Program-made: the position numbers and the translations under genes | NCBI RefSeq assembly: GCF_036321535.1 | Contig: NC_087437.1 | Location: forward strand, 72,914,001-72,978,000 | Length of the DNA stretch: 64,000 nucleotides | Reading direction: 5' to 3' | DNA from: Camelus dromedarius | Lineage: Eukaryota | Notes under the pieces: model-generated | Databases searched by the model: none | The model's input: the letters and a program-made list of their open reading frames with translations, nothing else | Told to the model about the DNA's origin: nothing | In this document: positions 38,116 to 49,689 of the stretch, one piece after another | How the letters are laid out: every line of letters begins with the position of its first letter | Position numbering within the stretch: position 1 is the stretch's first letter

Positions 38116-38779
38116 ATCACAAAATTTTTTTTACCAGAATTTACCAGAGACATCTACTGAGTTTTGGAGTTAAGCAGTTCAGTGGGTTCCTGCTATCCCA
38201 GTTTAAAGTCACCTTCAAGAATTCATAAAATTAGCATCTTACATTGCTTGTAGTTAATTGGATTAGAACATTCCGTCTCTCTGAATTTATCCCTACAATG
38301 GAGTTTTTAAAATGAAAGAAACTCACAGGGAATCTGAAACTTATGTCCCAGTAGAATTTAACAGTAAAGACTCCTTAGATTTGTCCAGGTTTATTTAGGA
38401 GTACAAATAAGAAGACTCTAAAATTTTAGATGAGAAACTTGTGTTTAAAGTCTGACTTTGAAAGAAATAGAAAATATATATCATGTAAATGTAACCAATC
38501 AGACATAAATATCCTTATTTGCAAACTGCTCAATTTAATGAGAGAGGAGGTGACAGTAAAGGTAGGCTGCCCTGGCAGAACCTCAGATCACCACATGAAG
38601 CAGACTTTCCTTGTGTTTGCCCACCCTGCCTCCTGTGTCAGGGAATCCCAGTAAGGAGACCCGGGCCCAAAGGGCCAGATGTTTCCTTCTTTAGTTTATG
38701 GGCAGCTCAGGCTACCAGCTACATCTGCCTGAGTCTCTGTGTCTTCATTGAGGAATGCAAATGTCCAAAGGGCCCTTAG

Positions 38780-39057
38780 AATTTATGGTCAGTGCCTCTG
38801 ACGGAGGGTAGAGTCCAGGTGTGGCTGGTGGGACCATAGCTGGTGTACGTGGTGACAATGCCAGCGTCAGCATCTTGAACAGACCATCAGTCCTGGGGTG
38901 CCATCTTGGCCCTGCTTTGCCTCTTCTATTTCCTTCCTACACTTCTCTCCACCCTTCCTAGCCATTGGGTGAACTATCTGACACATTCCCAATAAGTTCC
39001 TTTTCTGCTTAAGGCTTCAGAATTAGTGTTTGTTTGTGGAACTGAGAACCCTGACTA
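38780..39057 (+). mobile_element. Old MLT1-like LTR 3' part
   Basis: aataagttccttttctgcttaag...aactgagaaccctgacta end motif. Confidence 0.55.
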
Positions 39058-39949
39058 TAAGACTGAGGTTTAATTCCAGAAATTTGGGACCAGAAACTCG
39101 AGTGTATCCACATGTCCTCAGGTGATCAGGACCTGGGGGGCTGTGACTCTCACAAGAAACTGAGATTAGTGTGACTAATTTTATTTAGATAAACTTTTCC
39201 TCACTCCAAATAAGATTTGAGATTACAAAGAAAGATGCAATCTAAAAAGATTAAAATAAATAGTAGAAAGAAATAGGAGGAAGTAAAAATAAAGATCTTG
39301 GCACACGAATCAGATTGCTAAATGTATTACTTTATAAGGAGATATGGAACTCGTGGGCAAATGAGAACACTCAGTTCAACCGGTCCTCACATTCCCTTCC
39401 CTGCAGGAGAGGCTTCCTGGGAAGCCAAAGCAGTCAGAAGTTTCTGTGGGGAGGATGATGGATATGGACTCTAAGCAACGAAAACTCAGCTATCTTTAGG
39501 AGTGTCACCAAATAACGGTCCCCAGGCTCCTCTGCCCTGGCATTGCTGCGGGTGATGAGTTCTTGCTTTTGGCTCTGCAGTGTTCTTTAAGTCTTTTCTT
39601 TTAAAATGTAAATATATTTGGAAAAGATAATACATTAAGTCATTTACTTTAGCAAGATATTTCCCAAACTTCACTCATTCATGTGGTGTCTTCACAACCC
39701 TGCCATGTTCACATACTATCTTTTTTTAACTGTGTTTCTATTTTTATTCTATTACATATCTGTACTATATTTCCTTTTTTACACCTAAGTACCTACAGAC
39801 CATTGTTCTAAATAACATACATGAATGTGAAAGTGTGCTATGCTACATCTCTTTAATACTCATGGAAATAAACTTGTAGTATTAAAATGATTGTCCATCA
39901 TCATCTTGCCTGATGCAGAAAGTTTACCAGGTTAACTAGGATTTTCCCC

Positions 39950-40385
39950 TTGTACATAGATGTTAACATTTTGGAGTCCTTATCTACCAGAAAATGTCCA
40001 GATTTTGCTTTAACCCTTGCTTTAGAGTTTGGCTAGGTATAGAATTCTAGATTGAAATCATGCCTCCTCAGACCTTTGAAGGTGTTTCCCCAATGCCTTC
40101 TAATATCATACAGTCATGTTGGTGAGAAGTCAGAAGCCAATTTAACTTACATTCCTTGTAGGTTACTTTTTTCCTCTCTGAAAGTTATGTTCTCTTAACC
40201 TTCAGCATTCTGAACTACCATAAGACCGCCTCATTGTTTGCTTTTCTTTTTAATTCATTTAGCTGGACACGAGCCCTTTTAATCTAAGCACTATGACTTC
40301 TGAGTGCTAAGATTCTTTTTAATAATTTCTTCCCTTCAATTTTCTGTGTTGTTTCTGAGGCACCTGTCGGTTAGATATAGGATTT
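39950..40385 (-). mobile_element. Old L1M fragment
   Basis: ttggctaggtatagaattctag...gttggtgagaagtcagaagcca. Confidence 0.7.
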
Positions 40386-41279
40386 CCTGGACTGGGGCTC
40401 AGTGTTTGGAGCCTCCCTCCATCAGCGTTTGGTCAGCAAAATAAAAGCCTGTCTGTGTGTTTCCAGAAGGATGTTTTAATACAAGGAATAAGTATTGGAA
40501 GGGCCAGAAGAGTGGAAGTTTTTGGACTGTCACTGACTAGCTCAGTCTGCCATGCCAACGTGTGTGATTTTCTAGATGCTCACCCTGGAGCTGCTTCAAA
40601 TCTCATGGGGACCTTCTGCCCCTGTGTCTGCCTTGCGCATACTCTAAATTCACCATATACTGGCCATGTGGCCGGGGGCTAATTTCTTGATATCTTAGTG
40701 CTTTAATATCTCCAACTATCAAAAGGGAATAATATCCCTAGCTACTTCATAGGTTTGCTGGGAAAACTTATTGAAATAATGCACATAATGGATATAAATC
40801 AGTGGCTGGCACATATTCAAGTGCTTTTAGTATATGTTTGCTATTCTATTTATTTTAGATTTTATATAGTATATATTTTATATAAATATAATTTTTATTT
40901 TTGTGTTTAATTATCTTTTTATTACATCTCCACTCATGTCATTTTGCTCTACATTTTGAAAAGCTTCTTTAACATTTTCTAGTATGTCTACTGATTTTTT
41001 AATAACAATAATACTTTTAATCATTAAGGGAACTTCTTTTTCCTTATTTTTGTTTTTGTTTTTTAAGGAAACTTTCTTATTCAGTCCATTCTATTTTATA
41101 GTGTCTTCTTTACTGTTATAAGTTTATTCTTTTTTTAAAAAAATAGTTTTATTTCAATAAGGTATTGGGAAGATAAGAGGCAAAGTCACGGGTCTAGTTT
41201 GCCATTTTGTGCAGAAGCCAACAGTATCAAATCAAGAGACTTAGTCACTAACGACAATTCTGTCCTTCTTGTATGTCAG

Positions 41280-41480
41280 GTATAGAGTTAAGAGCTTTTC
41301 TTTCATAGTCTCATCTAATTCACCTCATCTTAACACGTAGAGACATGAGTACTAACATTATCCCCAGTTTTAAAGATGATAACCAAGGCTTACAGAGGTC
41401 AAATGACTTACCGAAGGTCACGTATCTGTATCCAATAGGGCTAAAAGGTAAACACACATCCTGTCGGAGTTCAGGCTCTA
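41280..41480 (-). mobile_element. MIR
   Basis: ttatccccagttttaaagatg...cagaggtcaaatgacttaccgaaggtcac. Confidence 0.7.
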
Positions 41481-41499
41481 AACTGCTGCTGCTGGATAG

Positions 41500-41530
41500 A
41501 TGTCATCTTTAAGTGGCTGCACAGTATCCT

Positions 41531-41561
<31 letters not shown>

Positions 41562-42230
41562 ATCCAACCCTCTGATAAACACTTTGCTGTTTTTATAATT
41601 TGCTGCTATAAACAAATCTTACACAAATATCTGTGCACTATGGAAAAATTTTAATGCACTCCTCTATTATTGTCTAAAAATAAGCCTGAGAAGTGGATTT
41701 GCTTAGTCAAAAGCTACCCACACTAAAAATGTTTAGATGAAACATTAGGTTAAAAAGTTTAACAAGCTGCACTTAAGAAAGAGGTTGCAGCAATTCACAC
41801 TTCCACCATCCCAGTGTGTGAATGTCCCTATTCCCCATGCTCTCTGATACCTGGTGAGACCAAATTTTTGCCAACCTTATAAAAATGAAATGTTATCTCA
41901 CTGTTTGAATTTATGGTTATTTCATTTTTAGTGTGGCTAAAGGCTCTTCTAATCATTATGGGTCATTTATTTGCCTTTCTTTCTTTGTGAATTGCCAGTT
42001 CATTTTCTGCCCAACTTTCTACTGGGGTATTGCCTCTAGCTGGTACAGATTTGTAAATACTCTTTAAAGATTGTCACATTTTTGTCTGTTATTTATGTTG
42101 CAAATATACTTTCCCAGGTGACTGGTCCTTTTTTACCTTTGCAGGTAATATTTGTAAAAGCAGTTTTAAGTATTTATGTAGTCAAACCTATTTTAATTCA
42201 CTTTTACTTATATTCTTTGTTTCTGTGGAT
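41500..42230 (-). mobile_element. Old L1ME-like fragment
   Basis: gaagtggatttgcttagtcaaa...cacacttccacc...tttgtgaattgccagttcat...gttgcaaatatactttccc. Confidence 0.7.
41535..41561. repeat. (TG)n microsatellite
   Basis: Seen directly. Confidence 0.95.
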
Positions 42231-45200
42231 GAAAGACTGAAACCAACATGAAAGCTGGTCCATTAGATGTTTGATTTATGACTTGAGTTTCTAAAAGAAT
42301 CTGACCACTCAGCAATCTCTTGGCCCAGCTTCAGGAAGCAGGCAAATTGTCTAAGATGGTAAAAGTTTTCACTTACACACTAAATATTTATCTAAGCTAA
42401 CTTAAGAAGGATTTCCAACCAGGCTAGGGTGAAAGCTACTAAGCTTGCCCTTCCGGTTTGTACCCTGCTTAAAATGTGTGATATTAAAGTCGGAGTTGGA
42501 CTTGGATGTTCCCAGAGGCCATTGCGCTGGGTGCTGGGTGCTGGGTGCTGGGTGGCTCATCCCCATTCTTTAATGCTGAGCTTCCTACACGGTGCCAGCT
42601 GCCGACATCAGAAGACCTCACTGCTGTTTCTACAGGGTTTGGCCCTTTGTTCTTCGTTTTTATTTAAAGTTGATCCCCGGATAAATGAAATTCAAATTAT
42701 AACTGAGCAGAGGTCAGATTTATAACATGACTGTTCACCAGGCAAAAGACCCCAGGGTTTGAGAGGGCACGTGGGGTCTGGATTACACAGAATGTTTCTA
42801 AAGTAAGTCTCCAGGTTCAAGGGCTGTGAATTAGGTACAGGCTCTGATTCAAGGTAGAGTTCTGGTTCTTACCTCTTAATTAGAAGGCTCTCTCTGGACC
42901 CTCTTACCTTCCCTCTCCAGGAAGCAAAACTTCCTCAGCCTGCCTGTCACAAGTGTCTCCACTCTTATACTTTCTCCTCTGTAGGATATTCAGACAAATT
43001 CCTGAAAGGAAGCAGCTTTCTCTTCAAAGTCAGAATTCTTAAAAAGGAACGATGCAAATTCTAGTTTCCTTTTCTTTGAAACACCTCTTGGACCTCAACT
43101 CCTCTGAAGGTCTTCCTGAGCAAACCATCTAAACATTCTCTGTGTTGTGTTCAGTCATCACTGTCCGCACAGCCTCACATCGTGCTGCCCCGGCTCCTCC
43201 CCTAGCTCATCGGCTCTACAAGATGTCGGTCTTCCTCTGGGCAGATCTGTGAGCTGCTCATCTTTGTATCTAAAGCACCTAGCACAGGGTCATGTGTACA
43301 TTAGATGCTCCAAAAGTGTCTTTTTTTTGGATCTATGTTAGAACATTGGAAAACATCTGATTCCAACATGCTGTTATGGCCTTGGCTTGGAGCAAGTGGG
43401 AAGTCACAGCGTCTGAAATAAATGCATGTGAAAGTAGTAGCATCCCAGTTGGAGGTATATCAGATAGTGGTTTAAAGAGGAAAAATGGTGACCCGCAGAT
43501 AATCCTCTTAGGAGAACAGCCAGAGATTAAGACACAGTCAGAGTGCATGTCTGTAGAACAGAAGAAAAAAAAAATACGCCTGGAGATTGGGTTAAGCACC
43601 TGTGTAACCAAATAATGCTCAGGCCACTGTATCCATTGATCAGTTTACTCGAATTTCATTGGTTAATCTTACTTATAAGATCATGTAAAATAAGATGGTA
43701 ATGGGATATAAAATTTAGCATGCCAAGACTTACTTGAAGACATTTGAAGTTCATTATAATTAACCAACCCTGAGATTCATTTAGACATCTCAAAAGAATT
43801 TTTTTCATGCCAAAGGTTCTTGTAGTTTGCCTTTTCTAAAAATGAGCAAAATGTGTTGTAGTAATTTTAGAGAAAGAAGTATGCTATCAATAGAAGTCTT
43901 TAAGGCCCATGATTTGGACAGACGTTGGCTAATTAATTCCAGAAATTAAGCAAGTATCTAGATTTTGTGTAACCCACACCCATAAACAGTCCAGACAGAA
44001 GATTTTTCTTTTCACAAAATTGATCCAATGCTTTTCTCATATTAAAATTCTTTCCATGCATTGTACACACACAGACACACATATGACTTGTAAATTATTT
44101 TTGTTCCACTGAAATTACAGTAAAACACTTGTGCCCCCAAATGCCTGAAGATTTATGCATGAAAGACTCCTCTGTTCAAAATGCTGCCTCCTCCCTCTTG
44201 GCTGGTGGGCAGTGAAAAACAGGATTATCAGGAACAGTCCTACATCTCCTGGAAGGGCCTCTGCTGGCTGTGCCCCACCTTACCTGCACTGTCTAGCAGA
44301 GTCCCGGGCACAGATGGGACCCCCAGAGACTAGAGGCACGTGTATATGTGACCAGATGACTTTCTGAAATTAGGAAAACAGAGATCCACGCTGCCTCATG
44401 CTCTGAAACACTTTTCTTCCCGCTGGAAAACTGGCAGGGCTGGAGAATTCAGTCCAATATTAGGAATTCAGTTCAAGTCAAGAAGCAATGGTGTGCTCAC
44501 TGGCCCTGTAGAAAAAGCTGTGATGGTGCCAACTGGTGCTTGGTCACTGGTCACTAGCATTAGAGAATATATGAAACTGTCCCATATTTCAGGACCTTGC
44601 CTGTTTTTTTTGTTGTTTTTTTTGTTTTTTGTTTTTTGTTTTCAATTTGATGGGAATCCATTGTGGTCTGCATCTGAGCTAAGTTTGGCATTGATAATGA
44701 TTGTTGGAATCATGGGCCATGTTGGTTCTCTGGCCACATGAAGAGATAGTTCATGGATGAGTCATAAGCCTACCCTCTTCCTATCCTGCCTTGGCTGAAT
44801 GGATGCAGTGGGCAACCCAAGGGTGACTTTTGGTGGCTTTTTGGTTTGTTTTGTGGCTTCTAAAAAGTAAGTGTAGCCAATATGTAGCCGGTATGTAAGC
44901 ATTGTTTATTATTACCCATCCCTCTCGCCAAGAGGCTACCTAAGAAGTCAATTAGATATTAGGAATAGAGTCAAAAATGAGAAATGTGAAAACTCAGTAA
45001 GATTTTTGTTGAATCTAATAGAAAGTCACTTGAGTATGCTGCCAGGAAACCTGTTCATTTTGATCAAATTCAAGGCATTGCCTCATCACCTGGAAAACTG
45101 CTAGCTATCTTTTGATGATAATAATTGATACTGTCTTTTCCTCTCCCATCTTTAAACAGGGACAAAGATGGGCAGCAAGGTGATGTAGTCTCTAACTGTC

Positions 45201-48046
45201 ACTGAGACTACAGAACATTCACGCTCAATTCCTCTGAGTGCTTTTCTTGTTGGACCAGAGGTTCTTTGTCGTTACTTATGAGAGCAGATCTTCCGGGCCT
45301 TAGAGCTCCGGGCATGGACCGCGGCGAGGACGTGAACCAGTGTAGGCCAGGATGCTACACGCTGTCTTTATTAGAAGTTCCAGCTGTACCTTGGTGCAAT
45401 TAGCAGTTTCCTTTGTACAGTACTGCCCTGGGCGGCTTTCTCTCATACAATGTCATAGTGAGCAAGCATTTCTCGTTCCTTTTTATGGGAAAAATAGAGC
45501 AGAGAAGGGTAAAATAACCCGAGGTTAAAAATAAAAAATACCCGTGCTTGGAATGGAATGTCATAATTCTGTCAGTCATTTTGATGACCATTCATTTCTA
45601 CAGAATATGAGAGGGAAGTCAGTCTCTCGCCAAAGAAAAGTGCCCTTTCAGTTCAGGGCCTCAGGGAAGATCTTTGATGCATTCTTCTTCCTCGTTATGC
45701 CTCCCCTTCATTACAAATAGCCTTTCACGAAGCTTACAAGAAGGGACATGAGCAGAGGCACCCAGCTGGCAACAACCTGGGTGAGTAACCCTGGGCAGGG
45801 CGGCTGAGCTGGCTTAGGGAGGGGCAGGAGGACAGAGATGCTCTCAGCATCCAAAGCAAACTTACAGCTCTTCCGCAGCCCTTGACCATTGTTTGTGAAC
45901 CTCAGAGAAGGTGTAGGTCTGTCCCTGATCCTTCCGCCTTTTGCTTATAATGTCAGCCCCTTCCCCCAAGCATGCACAGTTCCATCTAACTCACCGTCAT
46001 GTTTCTGTAACCTTGGGCAAGTCACATCACCCTTACGGACCTCTGATTATTTACAGTGGGAGGATAACAGTCATGACTGCCTGCTCGCCCGAGCTCACAT
46101 TAGAGACACATGGGTGAGGAAAAGCTGAGTCTCAGTGCCAGGGGTGCAGCTGGACAGAGTACTCTGATGTGGTTCCCGGCATTTTCCTAGCTGAGTGGGC
46201 TCCTTCCCTAATGAAGGTCAATGCTCAGCCTCTCCAGTTTGTAACAACCTCAAAGTTACATCCCTGAGATCTCTTTGGCAGTTCTTCATCCCCTCCCTGG
46301 TTCATTTACCTGAGAGACAGAGATAATGGTTTCAGAGACAGAAATCATTTGTGTGTTTACCTTTGAAAACAACTTTGTGATCTTAACTTTTTCAGCTTTT
46401 CATAGAAGACATTAAAACTAGAGGAGACCTCCAAAATGTAAAACCATTTTTGAAAGAGAAATTGAAGCCACGAGAGCTGAAGGGACTTGCTCAGTGTCCT
46501 ATGAATAGGATGTAACAGCAGCAGAACGGAAGACAACCACAACCTCTAATCCACGGTGCTGTTCTGCTACCGGATGGCAGGAGGGCAGTAACTCCCTCCC
46601 GTTGCCCCCTTCCCTTCACACCACAGGTCATACGTCTAGTCTGCTCTTAGTCATCCCTTGACATTCCAAAGTCTTTTTTTTTTTTAATAAATTATCTTTT
46701 CTACTGAATGTACAGTCAACTACTAATTTATTATCACCAATGAATATTTATTGAGAACTTGTAATCTCCAGAATACAGTACATATAATTAAAAGTGTATA
46801 TGTATACATGTACACACCCAAACAGGGGACTCTAAGGAGGCTGTGGTTTGGCTCACTTGATGAATTTAAAATCGCCAAGATTATTTAATCCTGTTTCAAA
46901 AAGATTGTCTAACATGTTTCCAGGAAAGAGTGGGTGGCTGTTACAGAAGTGTGGATGGCCGATTGATAAATGTTTAAAGTTCTTCACTGGAGGGATGCAG
47001 ATGGTACAGAATTGAAACTGAGTCACCACCAAGAAGTTTAAAAATTGGCACCAATACACAGAGCAGGACAATGATGGAGTCAGGGCTGGAATGCCTGTGT
47101 TGGACTATGTTTTACATTCTATTTTGGATTGCAAGTTACCAACACAACTACCTTCTGTAATAATATCTCTTCTCAGGGGGCACTGCCATTTTGCAAAGAG
47201 GAACAAAAAGAGAGAACTTTTGGTAGACAACAGCCAGGTTTGGGGAAGTCTAGCCATTGGTTCTCGCCTGTAATTGGGATTCCTGGGAAGTGGAGCTAGA
47301 TTTTGTGCAGTATGTGTGTTTGAACTTGAGGGTGCATCTCTGTAGAATTGAGGTGCGGGTTTTCCTTTGGTCACAGAGAAGCATGCTGTCTGCTCATTCA
47401 GTGCAACATGTCTGGTCAGTCTCTGGGTTTTGTCTTCTCTTGCAACCTGCTCACATACCAACTACAAGCTTTCAGCTGCTTACCTTGTGAAATCTAATGG
47501 GATCACCACAAAGCAGGCCCCGTGGATGACATCCATCATCACCCAGAAATACACAAGTGCTCCAGCTAAATGTACCACATACGGCTTATCTTACGAAATG
47601 AGTCCTTGAAAACATCAGCCCAGTGATGACAAAAAGAATTCTGCCTAGTTAGAGTGCTCTACAAGAAGTGTTTTTGATATTGTTTTGGCTTAGGAAAAAA
47701 TAAACTGGACTTTGGGGAGTTACCTAAGTGCACAGTGAAACTGCATATTCAAACTTTTTGAATCCTGTCCTCCAAATACAGAGGTCTTATGTGAAAACAA
47801 TCTCATTTTCATTTTGCTTTCTGGGAAACCCTCCAAAGCAAGGTGAATTGCCAACTTTTTGTGACCTTTAGTTCCTCAGCTGCTCCCAAGAGAAACTTGA
47901 CCTTGGAACTGTAGAAAAGAGGGAAACGATTTTCAATCTGGTGTGGGACAGGGACAGAAATTTCATTCTCTCTGTTTTCTCATTGCCCAAAGCTTATGGG
48001 TTCTCCTGCACCAAGATCCTTAGAGCCTCTGAGGTCACAGAAATGA

Positions 48047-48216
48047 GGGCAAAAGGTGCAATAAAGATGCATATTGACCCGAAAGCAAGGATGCAGATGA
48101 GAAGACTGTTGCGTGGGAAGGAGACTTAGGTGGGCAAAAGGTGCAATAAAGATGCATATTGACCCGAAAGCAAGGATGCAGATGAGAAGACTGTTGCGTG
48201 GGAAGGAGACTTAGGT
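48047..48216. repeat. Perfect 85-bp tandem duplication
   Basis: 48047-48131 is identical to 48132-48216. Confidence 0.97.
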
Positions 48217-48570
48217 GGCCAGCCAGGAGCAGTTCCCAGTGAAGCATTAGGAATAAAAAATGTCTTCACCCAGATTCAGATTCCACAGAGCATTTTAGTA
48301 CCAAAATGGAATTCATAGGGTGCAAGAATTCCTCCTGTAACTTCAGTTGGCTTCTATAGGTATTGGCACTGTATGATGAATTTTCAATCTGTAGGAGGAC
48401 TTCGTTAGGTTTCCTAACATTTGGCGACTGCTTGACCCATTGCAACATCCATCTGGTAATAGAATCAGCCAAGAGAGGAGTTGTGTACATCAGGAGACCC
48501 CGCGGGGGCTGTGTAAGCCCTGCTCAAGGATACTGTCCCTTACATGCAACAGATTAGAGAACAGTGGATT

Positions 48571-48924
48571 TGTTAGGCAGTTTAGGTAGAAATGAGCACT
48601 GGGCAGGGGGAGAGGAAGGGGAAAGGAACAACCCAGAACACAAGGAACCTGAGCTGTCAATCAACCAGAGCACAGGGAACCTGGGTTGTCAATCAATCAA
48701 TCATGAAACCAGGGTATAAAAACAGGAAAAACAGAGGAATGGTGCCATTTCCCCCTTTGGCCTGGCCCGCTCCCAGTTCTCGGGAGTGGACTCTCTGTCA
48801 CTAGTTTTTCCTTCACTAATAAAAATCTTGCTTATCTCACGCTTTTCGTCTCTCATCAAAAAAATTTTTCTTTTTCGAGTGACTAAGAACTGAGGTAATT
48901 CCTATTTCCCTTTTCCCAGTAACA
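48571..48924 (+). mobile_element. Solo LTR, probably ERV1 class (354 bp)
   Basis: Inverted ends TGTTA...TAACA, 4-bp flanks gatt/gttt, 2x32-bp imperfect U3 repeat (48633-48696), TATAAA at 48715-48720, AATAAA at 48818-48823. Confidence 0.8.
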
Positions 48925-49637
48925 GTTTCTTACCACTGGTTTCTTGGAGATTTTTACTTTGCTCATGGGCACATGAGTTTGAAAGGCTTTTTACCTTTAA
49001 GGCAGATTTTATTAAGTAACAATTAGTGCCTTCACTTCCATTCCTTAATGAACATCTAATTAGAATAGCAACATTACCGCACGGACCTGATAGAAATCCC
49101 AGCCCAAAGCAGTCAATATCTGAGTGGGTCTCTGTGGCCCGAGAACAGGCTGTGTAGTCATTCGGCATTTTTAATTTCTGAAAATAGCTTGTGTGTCCCA
49201 TCCCTACCATTTGTAAGCCTTAGGAATCCAGGGAACTGTTGGTGTATTAGGAAAAAAAAACCGCAAAGACTCTGGAGTCCAAAGCCCTGTGGGGCTTGCT
49301 GGCTGAGTGATACTGAGAAGGGTGCTCACCGTGAAAGAGGGTCAGGTTCCTTATCTCAAAAGATACCATCGGAAAATGACACTCCTCCTACAAGGCTCTT
49401 AATGTAGATTAAATAAAACCAGACTGGAAAGTTTTAACATACTTAGCTTTCTCAAAGACAGAAAGTTTGACTATAGAAATAAACTTCCAAAAAAAAATCC
49501 TGGTATAATAAATGAAAAATTTGTTTCTATATTACATTCAAATCAAACAAACAAACTAGACAATGTTTGTGAATCAGAAGAAAACAATCTTCTCTCACAG
49601 TTTCAGAATGGGATAAATATGCTAACCTGTGGCAATT

Positions 49638-49652
49638 GTGTGTGTGTGTGTA

Positions 49653-49685
<33 letters not shown>
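49638..49685. repeat. Interrupted (TG)n microsatellite
   Basis: Seen directly. Confidence 0.95.

Positions 49686-49689
<4 letters not shown>

Noticed and set aside
43376..43615. 79-aa ORF with ATG and a basic KKKKIR patch
   Set aside because: The lysines come from an A-run; no recognisable homology or splice structure.
48047..48216. CRISPR-like or functional repeat array
   Set aside because: Only two adjacent copies with no spacers, in eukaryotic DNA.
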